Positions 27,850-39,134 of a stretch of 64,000 nt of DNA are shown here, piece by piece. Below the pieces are notes generated by a model. The model did not search any database. It was not told the DNA's origin and saw only the letters and a program-made list of their open reading frames with translations. Source of the stretch: Octopus bimaculoides (lineage: Eukaryota); contig NC_068981.1 of assembly GCF_001194135.2 (NCBI RefSeq), positions 16,007,196 through 16,071,195 on the forward strand, in the 5' to 3' direction. Position 1 is the stretch's first letter; every line of letters begins with the position of its first letter. Position numbers and translations under genes: made by a program.

Positions 27850-29560
27850 ATCTATCTATGTCACATCTCAGCTCCTTCCCGCAGCTTAGAGACACACCAT
27901 TTTCCTCAACACATGCTGTTCCGAATATTGCTGCTATCTTTCTATCCAGTTTCCTTTTTATAACGGAATATTGTTTCTTTCAGATGCTAACATGTATACC
28001 ACTCACGATACGCAATTCACTCACTTTTGAGGCTCTATGGATGTGTTCTACTTCCGATGTGAAGTCCTGATACATTTTGACGTTTACGTTCTCTCTCTTC
28101 ACAACATTCTGGTCTGTAGGTATTGGTACGCCCATAAAGGTCCATTCTTTGGACTCTTTCTGTAGGAGAGTGACATTTGGTTTGTTATATTGCAGCTTCT
28201 GAGCTGTGTAGATTGGCATATCCCACATTAGTTTAATATAATCATTATTTGCTACTGGCAAAGGTTGGTGCTCGTATCACTTGTGAATACACTCTAACCC
28301 ATACTTCCTGCAGTGTATTCGCACTGCCACTTTGTCATGGCGTTTTTGCATGTCTTTTTGATCAGTTTTGAGCAACCACTAATTATAAATCTCTCCCATG
28401 ATATTTCACATAATGTACACTGCCGTCTTATGAAAACAGTATTTTACTGAGTTGGTTCGTAAAGATAGTTCATCAGTAGTAAGGATAAATCTAATTGCTT
28501 TGTCTTCTTTAATAATTTATGTTTTAACCAGCTTCGGGATTCCTTATCGGATTCATCCGATGGTGAAGTTTGATAATTCTCACTGAAAAGTTTACTCTTT
28601 CCAATTAATGATCATTTCCATTAGTTCTCATTCTGGACTTCTGGTGGGCCCTGTCTTTATCGCTGATCACGTTGCCACTCAGTGCGACCTGCAGCATTCT
28701 TTCATCTCTATCTCTAAGATAGGCATACCAAGCCTTAGTCTCCTTCCTAATACTATTTCTTATTCCCACCAATCCTATTTCCCATTCTTTCCTTGGTTAG
28801 TAAGGCCTCACTACGTTACTTCTAGTATGAAAGCGCCTATGTATAGTCGCTATCTTCCTAGTTTTTCTATCCACGTTGCCTAGCTCTGCATCTGCCCATT
28901 CCCCAATTCCAGCGCAGTAGCGTACAGCACATACTGCTTACGTGTTGATGCTCCTAGTCAGGCTCCCTCCATTCAGCTTGAATCATCGTGTTCATCATCT
29001 GGATAAATTATAAAATACCGGCATACTTGTAAGCTTCACTTTTCACTTTTTTTATTCGCTCATTATTTGGAAACTCAAATCCATTGCTCTCTACATTTCA
29101 CTCTCTCCTCAGTTCACGAACTGCGCATTAATCTTGAAGAAATGCCAACATAAGAGGCGATTCATACAGAAGGAACTTCATTGGTCTCATGATTTTGCAT
29201 GTTGTCATCAGCTATTATGTTCTCCAATACAAGTGACAGTGGCAACCTGCTAACAATATAGAGCAGGGGTGACATGAACTCTCATTCACTTGTCCAATTT
29301 CCCTTTTCATCTACTATCAAAACTGTCTTCCGGTTGCTCATACTGCTTCTAACTAAATATGTCACCTCCAGGTAACCTAGAATCCAAAAGATAGGAATAT
29401 ATCATCTACCTTTTTTTCTAGTCAAACTAAGCCATTGAGAAGGTAGTCAAACTTTTCAGATAGTTACTTAAAATTACTTTATCTATCAGTAATTGGCCCT
29501 TTAACAGTTTTGAGTAAGTCCCGACAACGTGGACAAGAAGTATTTTTTATTATCAATGTT
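27850..29560 (-). mobile_element. long decayed R4/Dong element spanning RT core, post-RT region and RLE
   Basis: GQLLIDKVI and MSPLLY...LPLS (RT, about 29200-29520); VRYCAGIGEW..ELGNVDRKTRK (about 28850-28950); LMWDMPIYT...KPNVTLL...VPIPTD (ORF 27980-28261). Many stop codons. Confidence 0.8.
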
Positions 29561-29639
29561 AGTCAGTGAGAGAGCAATGCATGCCATTATTATTCTTTAA
29601 CTCAGGGGTTGTTGAAACTGCTGCAGTCTCGTATACGTA

Positions 29640-30540
29640 GTGCGCTTTCTACTTGCAGCTTCCGTTAGTCTACATTTTATTCTTTTCAACTAATACGTTC
29701 TAGATTATTCTAGCCGGACCAAGGAGGCAAGCATTTTGTAGCAGCTCTACTGAGCACTCTATTCTGATTTCCTTTATATTTTTTCTTGATGATTTCTTAT
29801 ACTGTTCTCAGGGCCCCAAGAATAATTGGCAATATCCTCTCCTACATTTTGTATAGCCAGGCTAATTCGTACTGTAAAGGATAGTATGTGTCTATTTGTT
29901 CGTCATACTTCTAGACTATTCATGAGTCAAAGAGGTAAGCAACATCCATTATATAGCACCTGTTGTTCACCTTCTCCACCATTACTACGTCCAGCTAATT
30001 ATGCTCTAGCACCTGATCTGTTTGAATTTGGAAATTTCACAGGATATTTGCAAGTGTCAGTCAATCTCTGCGGTTTACCTCATACCACGTCCCTAGACAC
30101 CACTTTTCGCATAGTTTCCAATGTAGCACTTTCACTACCTCATCGTGTCGCCACAACTCATCATGTTTCAAGAACTCTGCCGAGAACTCTTGCAATGACG
30201 ATTTTTCCACGTATTCTATTTTTACTTTTGTATCAATATTTTTGAACCATGTTGGTAGTTGAGAGCTGATACTTCCAAGCGCGTCAATTACTTCTGGTAT
30301 CATTTTCACTCTCTTTATTGCCCACAACATGCATATTTTCCACTTCAAATTGTCATAGTTGTTCAGTTTTTCTTCTTGATTCTCGTTAATTTTTTTGCCA
30401 CACGGACGTGCTGCGTCAATTATCATGCATTTTTTAAAATCCTTTTCGTTTTCACAACAATTTCAAGTTTCCTATGTCCGATCTGAAGGTCATATTAAAT
30501 CATGGATCGCAATTTATGGTGTCACTGAATCATTGGTTCA
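29640..30540 (-). mobile_element. two tandem R4/Dong RLE fragments
   Basis: ORF 30061-30426(-) carries the RLE C-terminus (IIDAARPC...IPEVIDALG) followed by an RHDEV..VLHWKLCEK segment from a second copy. That second copy ends at about 29640-29830 with NACLLGPARI. Confidence 0.8.
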
Positions 30541-30544
30541 ATGT

Positions 30545-30554
30545 ATTATTATTA

Positions 30555-30609
<55 letters not shown>

Positions 30610-30610
30610 A

Positions 30611-30684
<74 letters not shown>
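30545..30684. repeat. (ATT)n tract of about 140 bp
   Basis: Visible directly. Confidence 0.95.
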
Positions 30685-30855
30685 TGGGCGAAATAGTTAG
30701 CGACATTTCGTTTGTCTTTACTTACTGAGTTCAAATTCCTCTGAGGTCGACTTTGCCTTTCATTCTTACGAGGTCGACGAAATAATTACTAGTGGAGGGC
30801 ATGGATCGATATAATCGATTATCGCCTCCTAAAAAATGCCAGGCCTTGTTCTTAC

Positions 30856-30860
<5 letters not shown>
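30685..30860 (+). mobile_element. Nin/Deu-type SINE embedded in (ATT)n
   Basis: gagttcaaattcctctgaggtcgactttgcctttcattctt...aggccttg followed by (ATT)n. Confidence 0.8.
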
Positions 30861-30915
<55 letters not shown>

Positions 30916-30999
30916 GTCATCATACTTGTTGTTGTTGTTATTATTAGTATTATTATAAATGATATTATTACCATTATTAGTTATTTTTAGTCCGCATGT

Positions 31000-31480
31000 T
31001 TGTTACAATCACTGGCTGAAACAAACCCAGCGTTTTAGGGTGAATGAAGGATAATAGATTTTACAGTATAACGGAAAGCTTCGAGAGAGGAAGTGGCAGG
31101 CACAGTAGCGAGATCTCTTCATATAATATAACTATACATGACAGGGTTTTGTCCCTATCATGTTGTAATACAACACATTAAGTTGTTTTTCTAAGGATGT
31201 GGGCAGTACTTGTCAGAACAATCTTTAGGACTTCTCTGAGATATGGTTCTCCTGGGATATTATCTTGATGCTTCTGACATCCCTTTCTTATTATACGTAG
31301 AGCACCCACAATAAAAGGAACAGGTTTCGCTTTAAGATGCCACATCTTTAGTATTTCGATTTCCAGGTCATTATATTTAGTTAATTTGTCAAATTCCCAA
31401 CGCTTATTTCTATTAGTCCACAAGTATTTTCTTCCCGTCTTTAGTGACTATGTCTGGTTGATTATTCTGGATCTTTCTGT
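31000..31480 (-). mobile_element. R4/Dong RLE C-terminus plus 3' UTR (another subfamily)
   Basis: ORF 31178-31423: KLTKYNDLEIEILKMWHLKAKPVPFIVGAL...TSTAHILRK. Confidence 0.85.
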
Positions 31481-31519
31481 TATGATTATTATTATTGCTG
31501 TTGTTGTTAATGTTGTTGA

Positions 31520-31740
31520 TGTTATTATTATTATTATTATTACTATATGAAAACTCACAGCTTGGTTTGCTGGGTATGATGGAAGGTGTCAGCTGTCCAG
31601 AGACAGCAGACTAGGGTGACACTACTGGTCATCCTTCAAGTGCTCTGAGAAGAATTCTTGCAGTTCCACGTATTGCTGATTTTTGTAGGTGTTCTTCCTT
31701 CACACTTGCACCACTCTTTTTCAGTCATGTTGGTAGTTGA
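31520..31740 (-). mobile_element. R4/Dong 3' stub
   Basis: Minus strand reads KSAIRGTARILLRALEG*, then a short UTR and (AAT)n. Confidence 0.7.
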
Positions 31741-31767
31741 GGGATTATCATTATCCTTATTATTATT

Positions 31768-32307
31768 GAGTGAGAGATAGTGCATACCTCAAAGTGAGCT
31801 GGAGTACAAATATACAAAGGCCAATCTACCCGTCATGACTACTCTTCTCATAAGTGTAAACCAGGCACATGCATCACAACGATATGTGAGCGACATGGTG
31901 ATCTCATATCAAGATAACAGCGCATGATCTTGCAAGTGGGGGCCCAATTAGAATTTTCCCCAGGTTGAGTAGCATACCCTGATCAAAAAGTCCCTGAGTA
32001 AGGTTTGTTTAAGGATGATGAACAGAACATTCATGTTTCCCGAGCTGAATTTTTCAAGCTCCAAAGAATTCCTCTCTAGACATGGCTATGATTCTCTCCC
32101 ACGATTTCTGCGAGTGGTCAGAGATGCTTTTATCGTCAACTTACAGACATGTTCAGTTGGTTAAGGCCAAGTAACTGACTAGCAATTCTGTAGTATTGAG
32201 CAGAATATATGTGCTAGCCCATCTTTTATACCAAGACAAAACAATATTTATACTAGCACTTTCAATCAGTTAAGATCAAAAGCAACTCCCTGGTACTGCA
32301 TCAGAGC
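31768..32307 (-). mobile_element. ~550-bp (TAA)n-associated non-coding element, full length
   Basis: Plus strand runs from gagtgagagatagtgc to tggtactgcatcagagc, with trinucleotide tracts on both sides. Confidence 0.9.
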
Positions 32308-32358
32308 AATTCTCATCACCATCATCATCATCATCATCATCATCATTATTATTATGAA

Positions 32359-32392
<34 letters not shown>

Positions 32393-32946
32393 GAGTGAGA
32401 ATGCAGTGCGTACCATCAAAGTGACACAGGGGTAAAATATACGAAGCCCAGTATACCCATCGTGACTACCCGTCTGATAAGTGTACCCCAGGCACGTGCA
32501 CCACAACCATATCTGCGCAGAATGGTGATTTCATATCAAAATAAGCAGCGCATTACCTTGTAAGTAGGGCCCAGTTAGAATTTTCTTCGGGTCGAATAGC
32601 CCATTCCGTTCAAAAGGACCCTGAATAATGGTTATTGAAAGATGTTGAATGAAACACCTATGTTTTCCTCAGGGGAATTATTGAAGACTCAAAGATATTC
32701 TCTCAACACAAGGTTATTAGGCTCTCTTATTACTTTTGTTTGTGATCAAATATGCACACATCGTCAGCCACCAAGGGACATGCTCAACTGGTTAAGATCC
32801 AACAACTGACAAACAAACCTGTAGTACTGAACAGAATATTTGCTGCAACCCTATTTTTAGACGATGGTAAAATATATACATGATAACGCTTTTAATCAAT
32901 CAAGTTCAGAAGCCATGAGAGCCACTACCTGGCACTGCATCAGGAC
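32393..32946 (-). mobile_element. ~550-bp (TAA)n-associated non-coding element, full length (second of a tandem pair)
   Basis: Plus strand runs from gagtgagaatgcagtgc to cctggcactgcatcaggac, with (ATT)n on both sides. Confidence 0.9.
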
Positions 32947-32977
32947 AATTATTATTATTATTATTATCATTATTAAT

Positions 32978-33019
<42 letters not shown>

Positions 33020-33049
33020 TTATTATAATTATTATTATTATTATTATTA

Positions 33050-33740
33050 TTTTTCAATTGATTTGCATTTCACTTTATCTTCCCACCGGGTCTCAATCAG
33101 AGTTCTAAGGTACGTGTATATTACGTCGAGAGAAACTTCCTGAGAATGGCGGCGGTTGATGTGAACACAACTTTTTTGAGTTTCATAGATTGTTGCTTTC
33201 GCAGGGATCAGATCAAAATATTTGTCATCATCTTTGCTGATCATTCCCAAGGCATCCACAACCACAGGGATGCTTTTGGTTTCTAATTGCCACGTGCTAG
33301 ATATCTCATTCTCAAAGTCATGATATTTTGACAGTCTTTTTTTAATTCCTTTTTTGATATTTTTTATCAATAGGCACTGTCATATTAATTAACAGGCTTT
33401 TTCTTTTCAATATCAGTCTTTTATGACGATGCCGGGTTTGTTATCATTTATTTTCCTGTCTGTATGTATCTCATAACCCCATAGGATGGTAACATTCTCT
33501 CACTCACTGACTGGCTTTGGATGGTGTTCATGCCAGTTCTTACAGTGCGGGATATCATAGTGATAACATACGCTCTAGCGTATGTATTGGCAAACTTCAT
33601 CATGCCTGGTTTCATATTCTATAGGGGCAAAGACTGAGCAACCGACAACAATGTGATCAATACTCTCAAGTTTATCATTGCAGAGTCCACACTTTGTACC
33701 TACCTCATTGTGTGTGACAATAGCTTGATCGTTCCGACTG
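33050..33740 (-). mobile_element. R4/Dong fragment: CCHC plus RLE
   Basis: CGLCNDKLESIDHIVVGCSVFAPIEYETRHDEVCQY...WHEHHPK...KPGIVIKD; SKYHDFENEISSTWQLETKSIPVVVDALG. Confidence 0.85.
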
Positions 33741-33805
33741 ATTATTATTAGTATTATTATTATTATTACTATTATTATTATTACTACTACTACTATTATT
33801 ACTAT

Positions 33806-34318
33806 TCAGTAGTCTTATTTTTAAAGCGTGCTTTCACTTAACTACCGAGCGCAGCTCTGTGTGCCATGGGTATGTGTTCTGGTTTGCAGCGTTGCTCTTA
33901 TGGTTACTGTATTGAAAGTGTTTTGCGTAGGATGTGTGCAGTGCCCAGTAGTGCAATTTGCTGTATGTTATATATACTTGTAAGTCCTGGTGTTTTTGTT
34001 ATGTATTTGTCTAAATATTTTTTTATCAAACCTAATGCACCCACTATGATAGGAATTGTTTCTGTTTTTAGATTCCACATTTGAGTTACCTCTATTTCCA
34101 TGTCTTTGTATTTTGAAAGTATCTCCATTTCTTTTAGAGAAACATTGTCATCTGCAGGTATTGATACTTCAATTAGAAAGCATTTTTTTGTTCATGATCT
34201 TTGACAACTATATCAGGCTTTTTAGCCTTAATTTCTCTATCTGTGTGTATTGCATATCCAAGAGTATGGTTGCTTTCTCGTTTTCTGTGACCTTTTCTAG
34301 CGTGTGCTTATACCATCT
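33806..34318 (-). mobile_element. R4/Dong young subfamily A, longest copy in the window
   Basis: ORF 33904-34128: LSKYKDMEIEVTQMWNLKTETIPIIVGALG...LGTAHILRKTLSIQ. Collinear with 7189-7550. Confidence 0.9.
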
Positions 34319-34334
34319 TATTATTATTATAATG

Positions 34335-34421
<87 letters not shown>

Positions 34422-34479
34422 CATCATTATTATTATTATCATTATTATTATTATTATTATTATCCTTGTTGTTCTTGTT

Positions 34480-35020
34480 GTTATTTTCTTTTTACCACAG
34501 GTTTTATTGGAACTCATGGTGTCTTGAATGCGTAGTGGGCTTGCAACATGCAGCCTACGGTACCATGTTATCCGTTCTTTTTAGCTATCTAAAACAGTCC
34601 TGATTATTCTGGTAATTGATTATTCTGGATCACGGGTTACTACCTACAACCTTTAGTATCCACAAGTTTTCAGCGCTCTTTGAAGTGCTTAAAACCCTTC
34701 TGATTATCCTTGCTGTCTCTAAGAGACAAACTTTCTCTAGAAGTTCTCCCGCGCATTCTATTCCAATTTCCTTCAGCCATTTATCTTTATCTCTCATTAC
34801 TGTTCCCAACGCACCAATTATTATAGACACCACCTTTACCGTTCTCAGGCTCCAAATTCTTCCTATCTCAAATTTTAAAGGATTGTATTTTTTATCTTCC
34901 GCTTTCTTTACGATCCTGGAATCCAACGGTCATGATGGGTCGATTAGCAAGCAACTTCGCTTTTCTTATCTATAATTGTTGTCTGGTCTATTATTTTCTA
35001 ATTTCTTCTCCGTGGATTAT
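34480..35020 (-). mobile_element. R4/Dong RLE C-terminus plus 3' UTR (another subfamily)
   Basis: ORF 34630-34926: KYNPLKFEIGRIWSLRTVKVVSIIIGALGTV...VCLLETARIIRRVL. Confidence 0.85.
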
Positions 35021-35026
35021 TATTAC

Positions 35027-35123
<97 letters not shown>

Positions 35124-35899
35124 GATGTTATTATTATTATTTTTATATTTATTATTATTATTGTTATTATCATTATGATTATAATTGTTGTTGTTGTTGT
35201 TGTTGTTTTATTCAGGTCCTAACTTTCTTTCATGCCTTCATTATATAACGACCTTCATCTCTGCAGATTTTGGTGCGTGCAGCATTTTGTTTTTATTTCT
35301 GTAAATTTTGGTTGCATTGACAGAATTATTCCTCCTATAGGTAACATATATGCAATGCCCTGAATTGCAATTTTATGCTATGACTATTTTTAAGACCTGG
35401 AGTATTGATTTTCGATTTTCGTGTCGTTTTGTAATCAGGTACACTGGATCTACATTTCCAGGGTTTGCTCTTGCTTTAATTCGTACATTTTGATTATTTC
35501 TATTCCCAGATATTTATATTTGACAGTTCGTCCGTTCGGGGTGTTACTCCAGGTATGAGACGCAACTTTTCTTTAATTATCCGTCAAATATATCCCACAG
35601 TTTTATTTAGATTTCCCTGTGTACAGAACAGAATACCACAGTATATAGTCGTCTCCAGTTCTTTGGCATCTTTCTGTTTTTGTTGTTGTTGTTTCATAAC
35701 TTCCATTACAGGAAAGCATGAAATATGCCTGGCCTCTAAATATATTATTTTACTAACCATTTTTCTTTTGTTATGATTGGATAAACGAGAGATAATGAGA
35801 GAGAGGAAGAAGAGGAAGAATGGGAGGAACAGGAGGACGCTAGGAAGAAACAATAGGAAGAACAGGTTAAAGAATACTAGCTTCTACACATTTTGAAGT

Positions 35900-36780
35900 T
35901 GCTGTCGTCTGCTCCATTCCATACAATTCATGGGTTCTGGAGCATAGCTTTGATTCTGTGCCTCAACAGAATTCTTTGTCTCGGAATTTAATCTATTGTT
36001 TCTCGATCAGTGTTGCGATATTTTTATCATTTCCTTTTCCCCGTAGCGCACGTTTCAGTTTTTTTTTTTTTTTTTTTGCATTGAATATATAAAAGCTTTC
36101 TTTCTTGTTGCTTCAATATGACATTCTGCGGACCTATTTTTAATTTAGTTGTTAGCTGTACACATATTTCCGTTGTTGTTTCTGCTTTCTCTTTCAAATT
36201 GTACTGTTTTTTAGCCTTTGTTCTGTATTTGTTGTCCCTTGTATTTTAAAATCTAATACCAAAAGTCTCCTTTGTAGATTATTTGCATTACTTTTCCATT
36301 GTTCTTTACTAAATGATTTCCTTGTCCTACAGCGGTTATTTTATAACAGCTTTCTAATTGCAATAAGTCCCTATGTTCTGTGATTGGTAGTAAATACGGT
36401 CTTACTTCATCATTGTTTGGGCGTTGTATTCTAAATGAAGCCATTGTTTTTCGAATTTTCCTTCCTACATCTGTAAGTTTATGTAACGCATTGTTGAACA
36501 TTTAACAACAACTTATGACAGGGACAAACAGAGTATTAAATGCTATTATTTATTTCAACTCGAATCGAATTCATCGATGAAATTTTTTCCTAAACTTTTC
36601 ATTGTTTTGTGCGCGTTGTACTTTGTCTAGTTCATTGTTTCATTCGTATTTTTGTAAGTCTGTTTTTACTGTAATTCTCTTATTTCCAATTCTCTTTCAA
36701 GAGATTATTGATCTTAATCACTTTTCTTTCTTCAAGGTTGTCTTGGCGCAGATTTTTTTTCTAATCCGAAAATAATATTG
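35900..36780 (-). mobile_element. decayed R4/Dong post-RT region
   Basis: AFNTLFVPVIS...GRKIRKTM...RPNNDEVRPYLLPITEHRDLLQLESCYK matches the R4 pattern AINT.AVPV...DRKIRK...HP..DVDRLYLPR..GGRGL.QLE..YK. Confidence 0.65.
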
Positions 36781-36837
36781 ATATTCATGTCGTTATCGTC
36801 GTCATCATCATTATCATCATCACATTCTTCATCCTCC

Positions 36838-36871
<34 letters not shown>

Positions 36872-37070
36872 TTTCAGTGAAAGCAATCGACTGGCAAGAT
36901 TATTGGACAAAATACCTTAGATACAGCTTCTGAATTAAAATCATAACTTCCCCCTCAGTCTAAGAGATCAAATGTGTGTATCATCATTAGAAGTTGACAA
37001 AATAAAATACTATTCAAGTACAAGTCAAGTACTAGGGTCGATGACAGTAACCATTATTATTTTCGTTGTC

Positions 37071-37149
<79 letters not shown>

Positions 37150-37150
<1 letters not shown>

Positions 37151-37370
37151 CATTATTATCCTTAAAAGTGGCAGAACCTTCAGCACGCTTGGCAAAATGT
37201 CTCACGGCATTTCGTCTCTCTTTATGTTCTGAGTTCAAATTCCGCTGAGGTCGACTTTGCTTTTCATCCTTTCGGGTTTCGTCAAAATAAGTACCAGTGG
37301 AGCACTAGTGTTGGTGTAATTGACTATCCTCTCCCCCAAATTTCAGGCATTGGGCCTATAATATAAACAA
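37150..37370 (+). mobile_element. Nin/Deu-type SINE following (ATT)n
   Basis: tggcagaacc...gagttcaaattccgctgaggtcgactttgcttttcatcctttcggg...aaaataagtaccagtggagcact. Confidence 0.85.
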
Positions 37371-37760
37371 TAATTATTGTTCCTTTACGTAGGGCAATAT
37401 AACTATCAGCTACCTCCTTCTTTTATTATTCAACATTATAATACACCACAGAATTACTGGTATCGTATACATTTGATGTAATTGATACAGTTGTTAAGTG
37501 TATGAAATATATATGTGTTCGTTACTGAGGAGAAGAGGGTGTAAACATTAAGTAAGGACAAAATTCGAAGCATAATATGGTATCGAAAATTGTCATGTAA
37601 GTGTTTATATTTATAAAAATCCGTAGCTATAGAGGAGCATAATGTATATCTTGAGTGAAAAATTGAAATATTTAGGCCGGAACGCATCGGTTTATACATG
37701 CTCTAGAATCTAGAGTAAAGTTGTTGTTATTATTATTATTATTAGTAATTCCATTATTAC

Positions 37761-37850
<90 letters not shown>

Positions 37851-37854
<4 letters not shown>

Positions 37855-38175
37855 TAGTTTGATTTTTATAGCGTGCTTTCACTTGACTACCGAGCGCAGC
37901 TCTGTGTGCCTTGGGTATGTCCTGTGGTTTGCTGTGATGCTCTTATGGTTACTGCATTGAAAGAGTTTTGCGTAGGATATGTGCAGTGCCTAGTAGTGCA
38001 ATTTTCTGTATGTTATATATATTTGCAAGTCCTGGTATTTTTGTTATGTATTTGTCTGAATATTTTTTATTATACCTAAGGCGCCTACTATGATAGGAAT
38101 TGTTTGTTTTTAGACTCCACATTCGAGTTACCTCTATTTCCAGGTCTTTGTATTTTGAAAGTTTCTCCTTTCGTT
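37851..38175 (-). mobile_element. R4/Dong young subfamily A 3' end
   Basis: Collinear with 7189-7510. Confidence 0.9.
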
Positions 38176-38207
38176 TATATCATTATTGTTATTATTATTA
38201 TTATTAT

Positions 38208-38432
38208 TCAGTAGTTTTATTTTTATAACGTGCTTTCACTTCACTACCGAGCGCAGCTCTGTGCGCCTTGGGTATGTGCTGCGGTTTGCTGTGGTGCTCT
38301 TATGTTTACTGTATTGAAAGTGTTTTGCGTAGAATGTGTGCAGTACCCAGTAGTGCAATTTTCTGTATGTTATATATATTTGTAAGTCCTGCTATTTTTG
38401 TTATGTATTTTTCTGAATGTTTTTTTATTATA
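38208..38432 (-). mobile_element. R4/Dong young subfamily A 3' end, running into a gap
   Basis: Nearly identical to 7189-7412. Confidence 0.9.
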
Positions 38433-38821
38433 NNNNNNNNNNNNNNNNNNNNNNNNNNNNNNNNNNNNNNNNNNNNNNNNNNNNNNNNNNNNNNNNNNNN
38501 NNNNNNNNNNNNNNNNNNNNNNNNNNNNNNNNNNNNNNNNNNNNNNNNNNNNNNNNNNNNNNNNNNNNNNNNNNNNNNNNNNNNNNNNNNNNNNNNNNNN
38601 NNNNNNNNNNNNNNNNNNNNNNNNNNNNNNNNNNNNNNNNNNNNNNNNNNNNNNNNNNNNNNNNNNNNNNNNNNNNNNNNNNNNNNNNNNNNNNNNNNNN
38701 NNNNNNNNNNNNNNNNNNNNNNNNNNNNNNNNNNNNNNNNNNNNNNNNNNNNNNNNNNNNNNNNNNNNNNNNNNNNNNNNNNNNNNNNNNNNNNNNNNNN
38801 TATTATTATTATTATTATCAT

Positions 38822-39099
38822 CATTTTATGTTTGACTTTTGTTTTGCATTTGTACAAGTTGGATCCAAGTCTCACCTAGAGACCTCAAGAGACAACAAGT
38901 TAGAAGTTCATGTAGGTGTTATGCCTAGGGTACCATATATTTGGATTTGTACAGTTTTGTTCAAGTGAATGTTTAAGAAACCATAAGAAAATTATGTGTT
39001 TGCTTTAAAATTTGAGATCACATAGACAGTATTTTACGTAGGATATGGGCAGTTCCCATGAGCACTATCTTTTGAACTTCAGCCATTTTGGGGTTTCCT

Positions 39100-39100
<1 letters not shown>
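38822..39100 (-). mobile_element. R4/Dong subfamily B 3' end
   Basis: Reverse complement of about 22730-22991 (includes MGTAHILRK). Confidence 0.85.
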
Positions 39101-39130
<30 letters not shown>

Positions 39131-39134
39131 CATT

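Noticed and set aside
31768-32946. Repeat-spacer-like alternation of ATT tracts and unique segments, superficially like a CRISPR array
   Set aside because: The spacers are retroelement fragments of variable length and the repeats are simple microsatellites. There are no cas genes and the context is eukaryotic.
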